Shown here piece by piece: positions 29,683 to 40,060 of a stretch of 64,000 nucleotides of DNA (position 1 is its first letter; each line of letters opens with the position of its first letter). The notes under the pieces were generated by a model. The model ran no database searches and was not told where the DNA came from. It saw nothing but the letters and a program-made list of their open reading frames with translations. The stretch is from positions 1,556,516 through 1,620,515 of the forward strand of contig OZ244136.1 in NCBI GenBank assembly GCA_965215975.1, read 5' to 3'. Origin of the DNA: Dehalococcoidia bacterium (lineage in GTDB: Bacteria; Chloroflexota; Dehalococcoidia; Lucifugimonadales; UBA3495). The translations under genes were made by a program, and so were the position numbers.

Positions 29683-29736
29683 CGGAAAGGCTAGGATGGG
29701 GGTGACCACCTGCCCGACTTGGAAAATTTTCCCCAT

Positions 29737-30573
29737 TCACCGCAGCCCCGCCAGCATCTCCCGAAAGCGCTGGTCTTGCTGGTCCGGGGGCAACAGGATG
29801 CAGTTGGAGCAATAATCGTTGGAACGGGGCGACCGCCACCACAGGCAGCACCCCCGGCGGCGCGAGAAGAACCCCGTGCGGCCCTGGTATTGGAACTCCT
29901 CCATGGTCAGCTGCCCGTAAATGGGCGAGTCAGGGTCGGTAAGGAAGGAGGCGGCTATCCGGACCACCTCTTCGGGGCGGCCTGCCGTGGCGTAAAGGCG
30001 GTTTAGTACTTGGGAAAAGGCGGCGGCCACTGCGTTCAGCGACACTTTCCAACTGGCGCCCGCAGCACGCAGCAGACTGTCAATCACGATGTTCAGGTTG
30101 TCATCGAACAACCAAACCTTTAGCTGGGCGTAAAGGGCATCAGCGTCGGCTACGGCCATCGCATCTAAGTGGTTAACGGCCGAATCGTCAGGCAATGCGG
30201 CGAAGGCAAGACAGTTCAGGCCGGTGGCGTCAATTCCCGAACCGTTCCAGTGGAAGGAAAGGTTGTCCAGGGACACATCGGGCACCCGCCGCTCCAGGAC
30301 ATATTGCCCCACCAGGGGGAAAACAACGCGGCTGAGGTAGGCAACCAGGAAAGCGGAGCCGGCCACGTGGCGGTTGTCACTTTCCCAGGCCCGCTGCCCA
30401 TAGGCCATAACCAACTCGCCCAGCCGTTGGTCGTCACCCTTGAACAGGTCGCGGGCGCTGGTCCAGCCTTGTTCCTCGGGCTGGCGCTGGGGCAGGGCAA
30501 AGAAACCGCCCAACTCCTGGGCACGGGCCATGCTGTCTGCCAGGGGATGCCTGTCCCCCGCCATATCAGCCAT
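29737..30573 (-). CDS. FhuF-like ferric siderophore reductase with 2Fe-2S C-terminus
   Basis: RRGCCLWW...YCSNC motif. Confidence 0.8.
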   Translation of the reverse strand: MADMAGDRHPLADSMARAQELGGFFALPQRQPEEQGWTSARDLFKGDDQRLGELVMAYGQRAWESDNRHVAGSAFLVAYLSRVVFPLVGQYVLERRVPDVSLDNLSFHWNGSGIDATGLNCLAFAALPDDSAVNHLDAMAVADADALYAQLKVWLFDDNLNIVIDSLLRAAGASWKVSLNAVAAAFSQVLNRLYATAGRPEEVVRIAASFLTDPDSPIYGQLTMEEFQYQGRTGFFSRRRGCCLWWRSPRSNDYCSNCILLPPDQQDQRFREMLAGLR

Positions 30574-31126
30574 GGAAGAACCTGGAGGCCGAGCGGTCTA
30601 CCGGATCGTAGCCTTGGGAAAGGTATTTCTCCCTCAGCCGGTCCCACAGGTACAGCCGGTCCCAGTCTGGACTGTCCATGTAGTTTTGCTCTTCATCTAG
30701 GTGGGGATTGGGCAACAGGACGGTAATCTGCTGCTGGCCGCCGCCGTTGAAGAGGCGGAACCCCCAGGAAGTGGGCTGGTGGTCAGGGTTTAGGCGGCGA
30801 TAAAGTTCGGCGCGGGCAGTGCGCCGCAGCCGGACCGTTTCCGGCGGCGCCGCTTTCGACTCGCCAATGCACAGGTGCAGGTGCCACTCCTGGAAGTCCA
30901 CAGTAATGTAGCCGTCCAGGAATCCGGTACGCGGTTGGCAGGGAGGCTTGATTTCCCACACCGCCCCGGGCACCAGCATGCCGATTCGGACGTGCTCCCA
31001 TTCGGCCAGGCAGTCCTCCAGAATGCCGCGCAGAGTGTCCTCGTCCGTAGGCAGGGAGAACAACTCGTAGGTGCCGTCCAGTTGCTGGATGATTTCGCCG
31101 CGCGAAAGCGGGTCAACTGTTGTCAT
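30566..31126 (-). CDS. Hypothetical protein coupled to the FhuF-like gene
   Basis: 186 aa, WHLHLCIG motif, 8-nt overlap with downstream gene. Confidence 0.7.
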   Translation of the reverse strand: MTTVDPLSRGEIIQQLDGTYELFSLPTDEDTLRGILEDCLAEWEHVRIGMLVPGAVWEIKPPCQPRTGFLDGYITVDFQEWHLHLCIGESKAAPPETVRLRRTARAELYRRLNPDHQPTSWGFRLFNGGGQQQITVLLPNPHLDEEQNYMDSPDWDRLYLWDRLREKYLSQGYDPVDRSASRFFHG

Positions 31127-31466
31127 GGCGTTGCTCCCGTTGAGATTGCGGTTGTTGCTTGGGTGACAGGTGATAGATCACCAGTCGGCGGAGTGCTCAG
31201 AAGCTAGCGGTTATCCAGCTTCCCCCTCTTGCTGAAGGAATAATACACCAAATGATGGGGGTTGGGATGAGCTACCCGTCCGGACCGGCCCTGGGGAATA
31301 GCCGGTGGTATCATACCTGGTCAGGCAGTTCATGCTCTCCTGCCTGAAAATCAGCAGGGCCGCCAACCCTGTATAATCCGGTCAGAGAGATATACCCGCT
31401 TTCAAGACTGCGCGGGCAAGTACTCGGCCAATACGGGGCCAACACGCGGCCAATCGGAGGTGTCGC

Positions 31467-32426
31467 ATGGCAACCATAAACTCGGTGCTCGGCCCACTGG
31501 ATACGGCGGACCTGGGGTTCACCTTGCCCCACGAACACCTTATCGATTCCTCCGCCGGAATACGGCAGACATATTACGAACTGGAATTCCGCGACCATGC
31601 CCTGGACATGGCCTTGCAGTCCTTTACCGAGGCCAAATCCGGCGGCGTGGACACCGTCGTAGAGGTTTCTCCCCTTGATCTGGGGCGGGACGTTCTTCTT
31701 ATGAAGGAGGTCTCGGAGCGAACGGGAGTGCAGTTCGTTTGCTGCACCGGCTGCTGGCTGGACGTTCCCCGCAGCTTCTGGGGCCGGGACAAGGACTTCA
31801 TTGCGGACCTTTGGGTAAGGGAAATCGAGCAGGGAATTGAGGGTACGGGAATCAAGGCCGGCATCATCAAGGTGGCTACCAGCGACCCCATTACTGAGCA
31901 GGAAGAGTTGATGCTCCGTGCCTCGGCCCGGACCCACCTCCGCACCGGCGTCCCCATTACCACCCACACGCCCGCCGAGTCACGGATAGGCGAAGAGCAG
32001 GTGCGCATCCTGAAAGAAGAGGGAGTTGAAACCCATAACATATACGTGGGGCACATCAACAACACTCTCGACCCCGATTATCACCATGAGTTGGCCCGCC
32101 TGGGAGTCTGGCTGGGCTGGGATATTAACAACCCCTTCGGCCGCCCCAACCTTCCTCCCTGGCAGGAGAGGACCGACTACCTCAAGGAACGGCTGGACGA
32201 GGGCCTGGCTGCCAACATGATGCTGTCCCACGACTGGAACATCGTCCTGTCCCGCATCGGCTCACCGGGTATGCCCACCAGGGACCAGAACCCGGACGGC
32301 TACCTCTGGCTCAGCCGCGCCGTCATCCCCAGGCTGGTGGAGTCGGGGGTTCCGGAAGCGGTCATCGACCGCATGATGGTCGAGAACCCCAGAAGATACT
32401 TTGAAGGCGTACGCCCGTCTGACTGA
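31467..32426 (+). CDS. Phosphotriesterase-related protein
   Basis: HEH, GIIKVA, TTHT, GH, SHD metal ligands. Confidence 0.9.
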   Translation: MATINSVLGPLDTADLGFTLPHEHLIDSSAGIRQTYYELEFRDHALDMALQSFTEAKSGGVDTVVEVSPLDLGRDVLLMKEVSERTGVQFVCCTGCWLDVPRSFWGRDKDFIADLWVREIEQGIEGTGIKAGIIKVATSDPITEQEELMLRASARTHLRTGVPITTHTPAESRIGEEQVRILKEEGVETHNIYVGHINNTLDPDYHHELARLGVWLGWDINNPFGRPNLPPWQERTDYLKERLDEGLAANMMLSHDWNIVLSRIGSPGMPTRDQNPDGYLWLSRAVIPRLVESGVPEAVIDRMMVENPRRYFEGVRPSD

Positions 32427-32430
32427 CTGC

Positions 32431-33591
32431 CTATACCAGCCCTTTAACCGCCTGCGCCAGTTGGTCTGCCTCGTCTTCGGTGTTAAAGAAGTGGAGGGAT
32501 GCCCGGATTCCCGGGGGATATTCTACCTGCCGCACCACGATGCGATGGTCGTTCCACAGCCGTTCCACTGCCGCTGGTGGCTCCCAGCCCGACAAGGCGA
32601 AGGCCACCAGGCCGGAGGACAAGCCCGGTTCCATGGGGGAATACAGGTGCACCCCGGGGATATCCGCAAGCTGCTGCTTTAAACGTGAGGCCAATTGACG
32701 GTTGCGGTCCTCGATGTCCTGGACGCCAATCTCCTCAATGAAGCCGACGGCTTCCAGGAAGGCGGCCTGCAGGGGCACACTGGACGAACCGCCGTGGAAC
32801 TTCTCCATGTCGGCAGCGTTGAGCTGAATGTTGTCATAGTCCACCGGATGCACTACGGCACGCCCCCCGGAATGGGCCGGGTGTATCCCTTCAATCAGTT
32901 CCCGGCGGATGTACAACGCACCCACGCCCTCGTAGCCCAGCACCCATTTCTGGCCGGGGATTGAATAGTAGTCAAACCCCTCCGCCGCCATATCGAGGTG
33001 AAGGTGCCCCCCCGTCTGGGCGCCGTCCAGCATTATTTGCGCGCCCCGGTCATGGGCCAGTTGAGTAAGCTCAGGAGCAGGCATCCGCAGCCCGGTGGAG
33101 TACTCGACGTGACTGACGAAGAGCAGGCGAGTCCGAGGAGTGAAAGCAGCCTCGAACTTCCCGAGGATGGTCTCGCGCGAGTCCTGGGGGTCCAGGTCCA
33201 CCACCCGTACCTTGACGCCGTGGCGCTTGCCGGTAACCAGGCTGGTGACAAGAACTGAGCCGTGCTCCAGGTTGCAGGTTATGATTTCATCCCCGGGCTG
33301 CCAGTCCAGCCCGCTCAGCACAATGTTCAGGCCCTCGGTAGTGTTGCGGGTTACCATTACCTCTTCGGTGTCGGCGTTGAACAGCCGGGCCGCGGCCCGG
33401 CGGGCCTGGGCCTGCACCTCGCGCCCGCTTTCCTGGACCGGACGGGAAGTGGGCCCCTCCTCCATCTCCAGGTCAATGCGGTCCTTCATCGCCTGCGCCA
33501 CCCGGCGCGGCGGCGGCCCGGACCATCCGGTATTCAGGTAGGTCACGTTGGCCAGGACAGGAATCTCGTCCCTCAGCTTCTGTACATCCAC
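32431..33591 (-). CDS. Class V PLP-dependent aminotransferase-fold enzyme
   Basis: NTTEG, LEH, DGAQ, GQKW, RASLHFFN; GTG start inferred. Confidence 0.88.
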   Translation of the reverse strand: MDVQKLRDEIPVLANVTYLNTGWSGPPPRRVAQAMKDRIDLEMEEGPTSRPVQESGREVQAQARRAAARLFNADTEEVMVTRNTTEGLNIVLSGLDWQPGDEIITCNLEHGSVLVTSLVTGKRHGVKVRVVDLDPQDSRETILGKFEAAFTPRTRLLFVSHVEYSTGLRMPAPELTQLAHDRGAQIMLDGAQTGGHLHLDMAAEGFDYYSIPGQKWVLGYEGVGALYIRRELIEGIHPAHSGGRAVVHPVDYDNIQLNAADMEKFHGGSSSVPLQAAFLEAVGFIEEIGVQDIEDRNRQLASRLKQQLADIPGVHLYSPMEPGLSSGLVAFALSGWEPPAAVERLWNDHRIVVRQVEYPPGIRASLHFFNTEDEADQLAQAVKGLV

Positions 33592-33857
33592 GCTGGCTAC
33601 CCCCAAAGTTTTGCGAATCATTATACCCGGTCGGATTCCCGGCCACTCCCCACCTGGCGCCTTGGAATCGGCTATTCGATCACGGAAGGGAACGGTCACT
33701 GATTCCAGAGAGGAAACATTCGTCAAACATTGATTGGGACTCCGGAAGTCCCAGTACGACCGGACCAGGACAGGACCAGGTTCAGGGCGAACAGGCGACC
33801 CACCAACCACCCCCGGCCTTGGCCACCTTGACGGGTTAGACGAGTTGGTGCCGCCCG

Positions 33858-34958
33858 CTATTGCAAACCCACTGCTTCAGTAGAGGCGAGGTCTGATATG
33901 GCGGCGTCCAATCGCTCCAGGGTGTTGCGCAAGTACCTCTTGGCCCGCTCGTCTTCATAATCGCAGTAGCCTCCGGTGACTATCCAGAATACGAAGACTT
34001 CCAGCATGGACAGCCGGTAGTCATGCAGGCACTCGTCGAACGGGTAGCCGCTTACCCCATTGTCCTCCAGGATTGAGTGGTATTCGTGCAAAAGACCAGG
34101 CTCTTCTTTCTTTCGTTGCTCTGGAGAGAATGTCTCGCTGATGAAGGTGGCAACATCGTAGGCGCCCCGACCCCGTCCACAAAACTCCCAGTCGATTACT
34201 GTAACTGATTGACAGTCCCCGGATGTGGAAAAGAAACAATTGTCCAGTCGAAAGTCCCCGTGAACAATTGTCCTGGGCGACTTGGAGAGTTGGGTCTTTA
34301 ACCTGTGAACCTCCGGCGCAAGACGGTCACCCAAATGACGCAGCTTCGGAGGCATTCCTACGCCCGCCTTCCGCACCAGAGACTCCCATGCTCCCGCGTA
34401 CATTTCCTGGTAGACAAAGGCCTCGGCATCCTTCAATGGCATCCAGTCATAGCGGTCCAGGAGCGGGCTGTTCCACCACGCTGCCTGGAATCTGGCCAGT
34501 TGTCCTATGCAGCGGCGCGCCTCATCCAGGGAGCAGCCGGCCACGCTGTCGCCTTGCCGGGCATAGCTCATATCTTCCAGTATCAGAACAGTGTTCCCGT
34601 TTGCCGGGTCTATGCCGCAATAGTAGCCGCGAGGGGTCTGAAGAAGAACATTGGATGCCAGTTCGATGTAAAACCTGACCTCTCGCTTGTTCTGTCCCAG
34701 CCTGTCAAAGATCGTCCTGAGTTGCGGGTCTGCGGACGGGAGCTTGACTATCATGGTCTGTGGAAGTTCTGCGGGACCAGAGTCGTAGTCGAGCCTCAGC
34801 CGGAACAGTTGGCTCATGAATCCCTTGCCCTCGGCAATGGCCTCGACCGAGTATCCCCTCACGGACGCGCCGGCCTGTCGCCCACCGCCATTGAGGGCTC
34901 TGGTTAACCAGCAGGGTGTAATGTCCTGAAGACCGCTGGGAATTCTAAGGCCGCTCAT
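33858..34958 (-). CDS. APH/EcKL-like phosphotransferase
   Basis: VKLP, LED, HGDFRLDN, IDWE. Confidence 0.88.
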   Translation of the reverse strand: MSGLRIPSGLQDITPCWLTRALNGGGRQAGASVRGYSVEAIAEGKGFMSQLFRLRLDYDSGPAELPQTMIVKLPSADPQLRTIFDRLGQNKREVRFYIELASNVLLQTPRGYYCGIDPANGNTVLILEDMSYARQGDSVAGCSLDEARRCIGQLARFQAAWWNSPLLDRYDWMPLKDAEAFVYQEMYAGAWESLVRKAGVGMPPKLRHLGDRLAPEVHRLKTQLSKSPRTIVHGDFRLDNCFFSTSGDCQSVTVIDWEFCGRGRGAYDVATFISETFSPEQRKKEEPGLLHEYHSILEDNGVSGYPFDECLHDYRLSMLEVFVFWIVTGGYCDYEDERAKRYLRNTLERLDAAISDLASTEAVGLQ

Positions 34959-35009
34959 CTCAGACCTGAGGTTGCCAGATCAGCATTGATGAGCAGGGAA
35001 CCCTTGCCA

Positions 35010-35702
35010 TCACCCATCCTTGCGAACAAAAAAGACGCAATGATCCATAGGTTTGGGATCTTTGAAGTACATAATTCCACCCAGTCCTTCTCCCTCCGCC
35101 GGAATCACACTAAACCTCTGCTCCATCATCGTTGCAAGCACCTCGTCCACTTCGTAAAGCTGGAAAGTCCGGTCCGAGCCATAGTCCCTATCGTAGACGG
35201 TGGTAATGCCGTTCCCGTACTTGAACATAAGCTGGAGAATACCGCCCGTTTTCAGGACCCTGGCAAACTCCGGCAGGGTAGTCCCCAGGGCGATGTCCGG
35301 TTCGATGTGCTGGATGACCGCATTACAAAGGACAAAGTCGAAAGAGGAATCGGGATAGTCAAGGGGTTCGCGAAGGTCGACAACCGACACCCTATCGGCA
35401 ATTTCGGAATGCAGCCGGCGGGCCTCCTGGATATTCTCTTCCACAGCGTCTATCCCGTAGACGTCGTACCCCTTCTGCCAGTAGAAGTAGACGTCCCGGG
35501 CGCCAGCGCCACAACCTGCGTCCAGCCCCCGACATCCTGGAGGAACAAGCTCCTGGAGACGGTCGATAAGGGCTGTATCACCCGTCAAGCCCGGGTGGGA
35601 GACATCGGTGTACACCGATTGAATGAAATTGTGGCTCACCTCGGCATAACGCTGGGCATAACTTCGGTAGAAGGACTCGGAGAAATCGGGGTTGTTGCTC
35701 AT
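35010..35702 (-). CDS. Class I SAM-dependent methyltransferase
   Basis: LDAGCGAG, FDFV, VLKTGG. Confidence 0.9.
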   Translation of the reverse strand: MSNNPDFSESFYRSYAQRYAEVSHNFIQSVYTDVSHPGLTGDTALIDRLQELVPPGCRGLDAGCGAGARDVYFYWQKGYDVYGIDAVEENIQEARRLHSEIADRVSVVDLREPLDYPDSSFDFVLCNAVIQHIEPDIALGTTLPEFARVLKTGGILQLMFKYGNGITTVYDRDYGSDRTFQLYEVDEVLATMMEQRFSVIPAEGEGLGGIMYFKDPKPMDHCVFFVRKDG

Positions 35703-35732
35703 TGCTGCACCGTCGCTTAACAGGTTGGGGAA

Positions 35733-36440
35733 TCAGCCTCCAAACAGGTCGATGAACTGGCCGGTCATAAGCCTGGGCGCATGAGCCGCCAGGTACAGGG
35801 CCGCCTGGGCTACCTGTTCCCCGGTTATCCACCCCGGGTCTCCGTCGGGATAATAGGCCCTGGCCATATCGGTGTCCACCCAATCGGGATTGATGCCGTT
35901 AACGTTGATTCCATAGGGGCGGAGGGAGTGGGCAAGGGAGGCCGTGTAGCCTATGACGCCCCATTTGGAGGTCACGTAAGCTCCGAAATCGCCCTCGGGT
36001 TGCCTGCCGGATGACGACCCGATGTTGATGATAATCCCTTCCTCCCTCTCTATCATTTGAGGTGTGACCGCGCGGCAGACCAGGTGAATTCCCCGCAGGT
36101 TGGTGTTCATGACCTCGTCCCACTGTTCCGGAGATGTCTCCCATACCGGGGTGTGATAAGTGATGACCCCGGCGTTGTTGACGAGCAGGTCAATACTGCC
36201 CCATTTACCGACGACTTCCTCGACTACGCTGAGGGCATCACTCTCCCGTGTCACGTCCAAGGTGAAGGCCTCAGCCTCGCCTCCGCCGGCGCGTATCTCG
36301 TCAACCACTTGGGCCAGGCGGTCGATGTTGCGGCCGGTCACGGCGACCTGTGCTCCTTCGCGGGCGAAGGCCAGAGCAATGGCACGACCTATTCCCCGAC
36401 CTGCGCCGGTGATCAACGCTACCTTACCCTTAAGCAGCAT
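35733..36440 (-). CDS. SDR family oxidoreductase
   Basis: TGAGRGIG, NNAG, YVTSK; start set at MLLKGK. Confidence 0.92.
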   Translation of the reverse strand: MLLKGKVALITGAGRGIGRAIALAFAREGAQVAVTGRNIDRLAQVVDEIRAGGGEAEAFTLDVTRESDALSVVEEVVGKWGSIDLLVNNAGVITYHTPVWETSPEQWDEVMNTNLRGIHLVCRAVTPQMIEREEGIIINIGSSSGRQPEGDFGAYVTSKWGVIGYTASLAHSLRPYGINVNGINPDWVDTDMARAYYPDGDPGWITGEQVAQAALYLAAHAPRLMTGQFIDLFGG

Positions 36441-36554
36441 ATCCCGCTTCTTACCTTCAACTACAAACTGCCCCGACGGGTCCTGCAACCCGGTGCATAT
36501 TGCCTGAGACTCAGGTTTGCCCATTATACGAGCTGTGTCGTTCGGCCACTGGAC

Positions 36555-37949
36555 CTACATTCGCAATTCCAGGCGAGGCTTCAACAGGCGGTCGGGGACT
36601 TGGGTCTCTCGCATAAAGGCCACTAGCATCTGATGGAGTTCCCCTGCCACGTCCAGATGCTTCTCTATAACGTTGTTGGCCTGAGCCGTGTCGGTGGTCA
36701 GGTTGTACAGTTTTGAAACGCCTTCCAGGGGACTGTATAGCAGACTCCAGCCACCCGAGGTGATGGTCGTCACAGGTGGTTCCGTTAGCGTGCGGAGCAG
36801 GTTGTCCACTGAGTGAACCGGATCGCCCGGGTTGGCGAAGGGCAGGCTGCTGACCACGTAGTCGCGTCCGGATTGCGAAGGATCGCGTAACGCGGGCGCA
36901 AGTGAACGGCCTTGCACAAAGTCCGGGACATCCATGCCCAACAGGTCAAGCACGGTGGGCATGACATCGATGGCGGAACTCAGACCCCGGTACGCGCCAG
37001 GAGACACTTCGGGCGCGCGAATCAGCAGGGGCAGGTGAACAATCTCTTCAAATAGCGGCGAGTAACTCCACTGGGAACCGGGTTCGTCGTACGGCCGCAG
37101 TGTCCCGTCCGGATACTTGCCCGAACTCATCTTGCCGAACAGGCCGCCGTGCTCTCCAAAGTAGAAGCCGTGGTCGGTGGTGAATATGACCACCGTCTTC
37201 TCTGCGAGCCCCATGTTTTCCACCGACTTGAGGAGAAAGCCCACCCAGGTATCTACCATTGTGATTTCGCCACAGTAGGTGGCATGCCCCTTGCGCATCT
37301 GGGACTCTTCGTATCCGGGGACGTCATGCCAGTTTCCATAGAGGGGCAGGACGAGTTCGCCGTCGTAATCCGGCAGGTAGAGTTCAGTGTAGTAGGACGG
37401 CGCATCCCAGGGCTCGTGGGGGTCCCAGGTGTCGACATACAGGAAAAAGTCCTCCTTGTAGTGCCTCTCCAGCCAGCGCATGGCGCCCATGAAGGTCTGT
37501 GGCGCGTTTCTGTCCGCTTCATTCCGCCACGCCGCCCGAACATCCAGGGATTCATTGTGATAGCCGGGCTGGGGAATCAGCGACCACAAGGTGTCCTGTC
37601 CCCGGTTGAAAACGAAGGACTGAAAGCCCCGGTCGTAGTTCATTCCATCCCGGAGGTAGTAGGGGGTGTCCACGGAGGCCGCCGTGTGAAAGCCTTGTCC
37701 GGCCAGAATCTCTGCCAGGGTGGTCACCCCGGAGGGAAGAGGCTCCCACCCCATGAAGGACATCGTCCAGCGGCCCGTCTGATGGTCGGCACGGGTGGGC
37801 ATGGTCGGGAAACCGGCAGAGTAGTGGCTGTCGAACCGAACCGACCCAGCTGCAAGGGCATCGAGGGAAGGAGTTCGAATCCATGGATTGCCGTATGCGC
37901 CGACGTGGTCTTGCCGGAAGGTGTCCGAAACTATCCAGATGACGTTCAT
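36555..37949 (-). CDS. Sulfatase-like alkaline phosphatase superfamily hydrolase
   Basis: NVIWIVSD, TMPTR, DPHEP, TDHG; start set at MNVIW. Confidence 0.88.
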   Translation of the reverse strand: MNVIWIVSDTFRQDHVGAYGNPWIRTPSLDALAAGSVRFDSHYSAGFPTMPTRADHQTGRWTMSFMGWEPLPSGVTTLAEILAGQGFHTAASVDTPYYLRDGMNYDRGFQSFVFNRGQDTLWSLIPQPGYHNESLDVRAAWRNEADRNAPQTFMGAMRWLERHYKEDFFLYVDTWDPHEPWDAPSYYTELYLPDYDGELVLPLYGNWHDVPGYEESQMRKGHATYCGEITMVDTWVGFLLKSVENMGLAEKTVVIFTTDHGFYFGEHGGLFGKMSSGKYPDGTLRPYDEPGSQWSYSPLFEEIVHLPLLIRAPEVSPGAYRGLSSAIDVMPTVLDLLGMDVPDFVQGRSLAPALRDPSQSGRDYVVSSLPFANPGDPVHSVDNLLRTLTEPPVTTITSGGWSLLYSPLEGVSKLYNLTTDTAQANNVIEKHLDVAGELHQMLVAFMRETQVPDRLLKPRLELRM

Positions 37950-38419
37950 TCCAGCGCCTCCTGAGAATACCCCTGGGAAGTAGCCAACAGGAAAAGGGAA
38001 TAGCTCCCGGTCTGCGGGACTGGAGATGATCGAGCCAAGCCGCCGGACAACCTTGGAGGACACTAACGTGTGTTGGTCGCCGGGTAGCTGGTGGAAGTGG
38101 CACCGGTGAGCATGGACAGGCGGATCAGCCCACCGTCGTTCCAGTGGATGATACGAAGCTTGCGAGGCATCGTCAATAGCGGTAGCTATTCCGTCTGTTA
38201 CAAAACAGGCTACGGTAGCGCAAGCACACTTCAATTTTTCGGTTTATACCCTCGGCCGCCCGCAATGAAGCGAATCTAACGCGGGTTTGGATGTTCGGGG
38301 CCCTTTCGCTCATACCTGCAATCGCAGTTGGAACGGCAACTTCGCCATAGTTTGCGCGCGTTGGGGGTTTGGCAGGATAATTGGCCCATCTTTGGAACAA
38401 CCAGCGGGGAGGTGTTGCT

Positions 38420-38950
38420 TTGTCCAAGATAAACATGATCCACCACATCAACATCCAGATTACCGACCGGGAACGGACGCGGGAATGGTACGAGCGGGTG
38501 CTGGGCGCCGAGTTTCTGGACCGGGGCCCGGCATTGAACCGCCGGCAGCTCCAGTTGCGGTTGGGGACCGGAGAAATCCACACCTCCGACACGGAAGACC
38601 TGGTCAAAGTACCCCGAGTCCACTTTGCCATTGAGGTTGAGGACTTCGACTCTATGCTGGCCCACCTGGATTCCCAGGGTGTGCCCTACAGCAGAACGGG
38701 TGGCGGCGCATTCACCGGTACGGGCGGCGACGATCCCCGGCAGGGAACCAGGGAAGACACCGGTGAGCGCTACACCTACATCAGCGACCCCGATGACAAC
38801 CTCATCGAGTTGGTGTACCACGCCGGGGGACTGGAAAACTCTTCGGGAGAGGCCGTAGATTTGACCCACGACACAGGCAACGTCCGCTGGACCCAGATAG
38901 AGGGATTCGTTGAAGCCGCCTACGCCGAGGAGCAGGTTACTGTTAGCTAG
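38420..38950 (+). CDS. VOC family protein
   Basis: HHIN, HFA, DPDDNLIEL; GGAGG before TTG. Confidence 0.85.
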   Translation: MSKINMIHHINIQITDRERTREWYERVLGAEFLDRGPALNRRQLQLRLGTGEIHTSDTEDLVKVPRVHFAIEVEDFDSMLAHLDSQGVPYSRTGGGAFTGTGGDDPRQGTREDTGERYTYISDPDDNLIELVYHAGGLENSSGEAVDLTHDTGNVRWTQIEGFVEAAYAEEQVTVS

Positions 38951-39172
38951 CCTTGGAGGAATATTCGTACATAGGTGCGGAAGAATCCGGAACCTGACTT
39001 GCCCCGTACCGCTGGCTGCGCCAACCCCTCTGGATTCCGGCTCAAGGCCAGATTGACGGTTGGGGGGCCCGGAAATCACCCGTGATGAAAACGGTTACTG
39101 GTCAACTACAGGTCTTGACTTGGGCAGCAATACGTTTCAAGCTAGGGTCATCCTCGTTAAAGGAGTGTACAG

Positions 39173-39928
39173 ATGTATAGCACTGAAATGTACGAAGGGA
39201 TGATTGCGGAAACTACCACGGTCCAGGGCCACAATGGGGACTCCATTGGCGCCTACATTGCCAAGCCCCTGGGCTCCGGCCCCTTCCCCGGTATGGTGTT
39301 GATTCACCACGCGCCGGGTTGGGACGAGTGGTACCGCGAGGCAGCCCGCCGCTTTGCTCACCACGGCTACGTAACCATTTCCCCCAACCTCTACCACCGG
39401 AACGGCCACGGCGACCCCAGCGAGGTCGGCGCCAGGGTGCGGGAGTCAGGCGGCATATCCGATGCGCAGGCTTTGGGAGACATAGAAGGCGCGCTGCGCT
39501 TCCTGCAGACCCTCCCTAACCTCAACGGCAAGGTCGGCGTATTCGGCACCTGCTCCGGCGGCAGGCTCACCTTCCTCTCCGGTTGCCGCATCCAGGGCTT
39601 TGATGCCGCGGTGGAGTGCTGGGGTGGACGGGTGGTTGCTTCCGGCGACGAACTGACCGCAAACCAGCCCGCAGCCCCCATAGACTTTACCGCCGACCTG
39701 TCCTGCCCCTTGCTGGGATTATTCGGCAACGATGACCAGTCGCCCACGCCAGAGCAGGTGAACTTGCACGAGGAAGAGTTAAAGAAACACAACAAGTCCT
39801 ACGAGTTCCACCGCTACGATGGCGCCGGCCACGGTTTCTTCTACTACGACCGCGCCATGTACCGGCAGGAGCAGGCCGTGGACGGCTGGAACAACATCTG
39901 GGCATTCCTGGGGAAGAACCTGGCTTAG
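39173..39928 (+). CDS. Dienelactone hydrolase family protein
   Basis: GTCSGG, D, AGHGF triad. Confidence 0.92.
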   Translation: MYSTEMYEGMIAETTTVQGHNGDSIGAYIAKPLGSGPFPGMVLIHHAPGWDEWYREAARRFAHHGYVTISPNLYHRNGHGDPSEVGARVRESGGISDAQALGDIEGALRFLQTLPNLNGKVGVFGTCSGGRLTFLSGCRIQGFDAAVECWGGRVVASGDELTANQPAAPIDFTADLSCPLLGLFGNDDQSPTPEQVNLHEEELKKHNKSYEFHRYDGAGHGFFYYDRAMYRQEQAVDGWNNIWAFLGKNLA

Positions 39929-40031
39929 CTCAGGCAACGAGCCGGTACCTGACCCATACCGCATGGCTTAGGAAAAGGTGCCAGGCGGGGACAACGTGAA
40001 CCGATACCCCCGGGGGTTCATCCCGACAAAC

Positions 40032-40060
40032 GCCATCGCCGCTCACGGAGCGGCGATGGC
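40032..40060. terminator. GC-rich hairpin, possible terminator
   Basis: GCCATCGCCGCTC-ACG-GAGCGGCGATGGC 13-bp stem; GTTTGT follows on minus strand. Confidence 0.55.

Noticed and set aside
32431-33591. Selenocysteine lyase linked to the selenoprotein
   Set aside because: 29 kb away and lacks the catalytic Cys loop of desulfurases and Sec lyases
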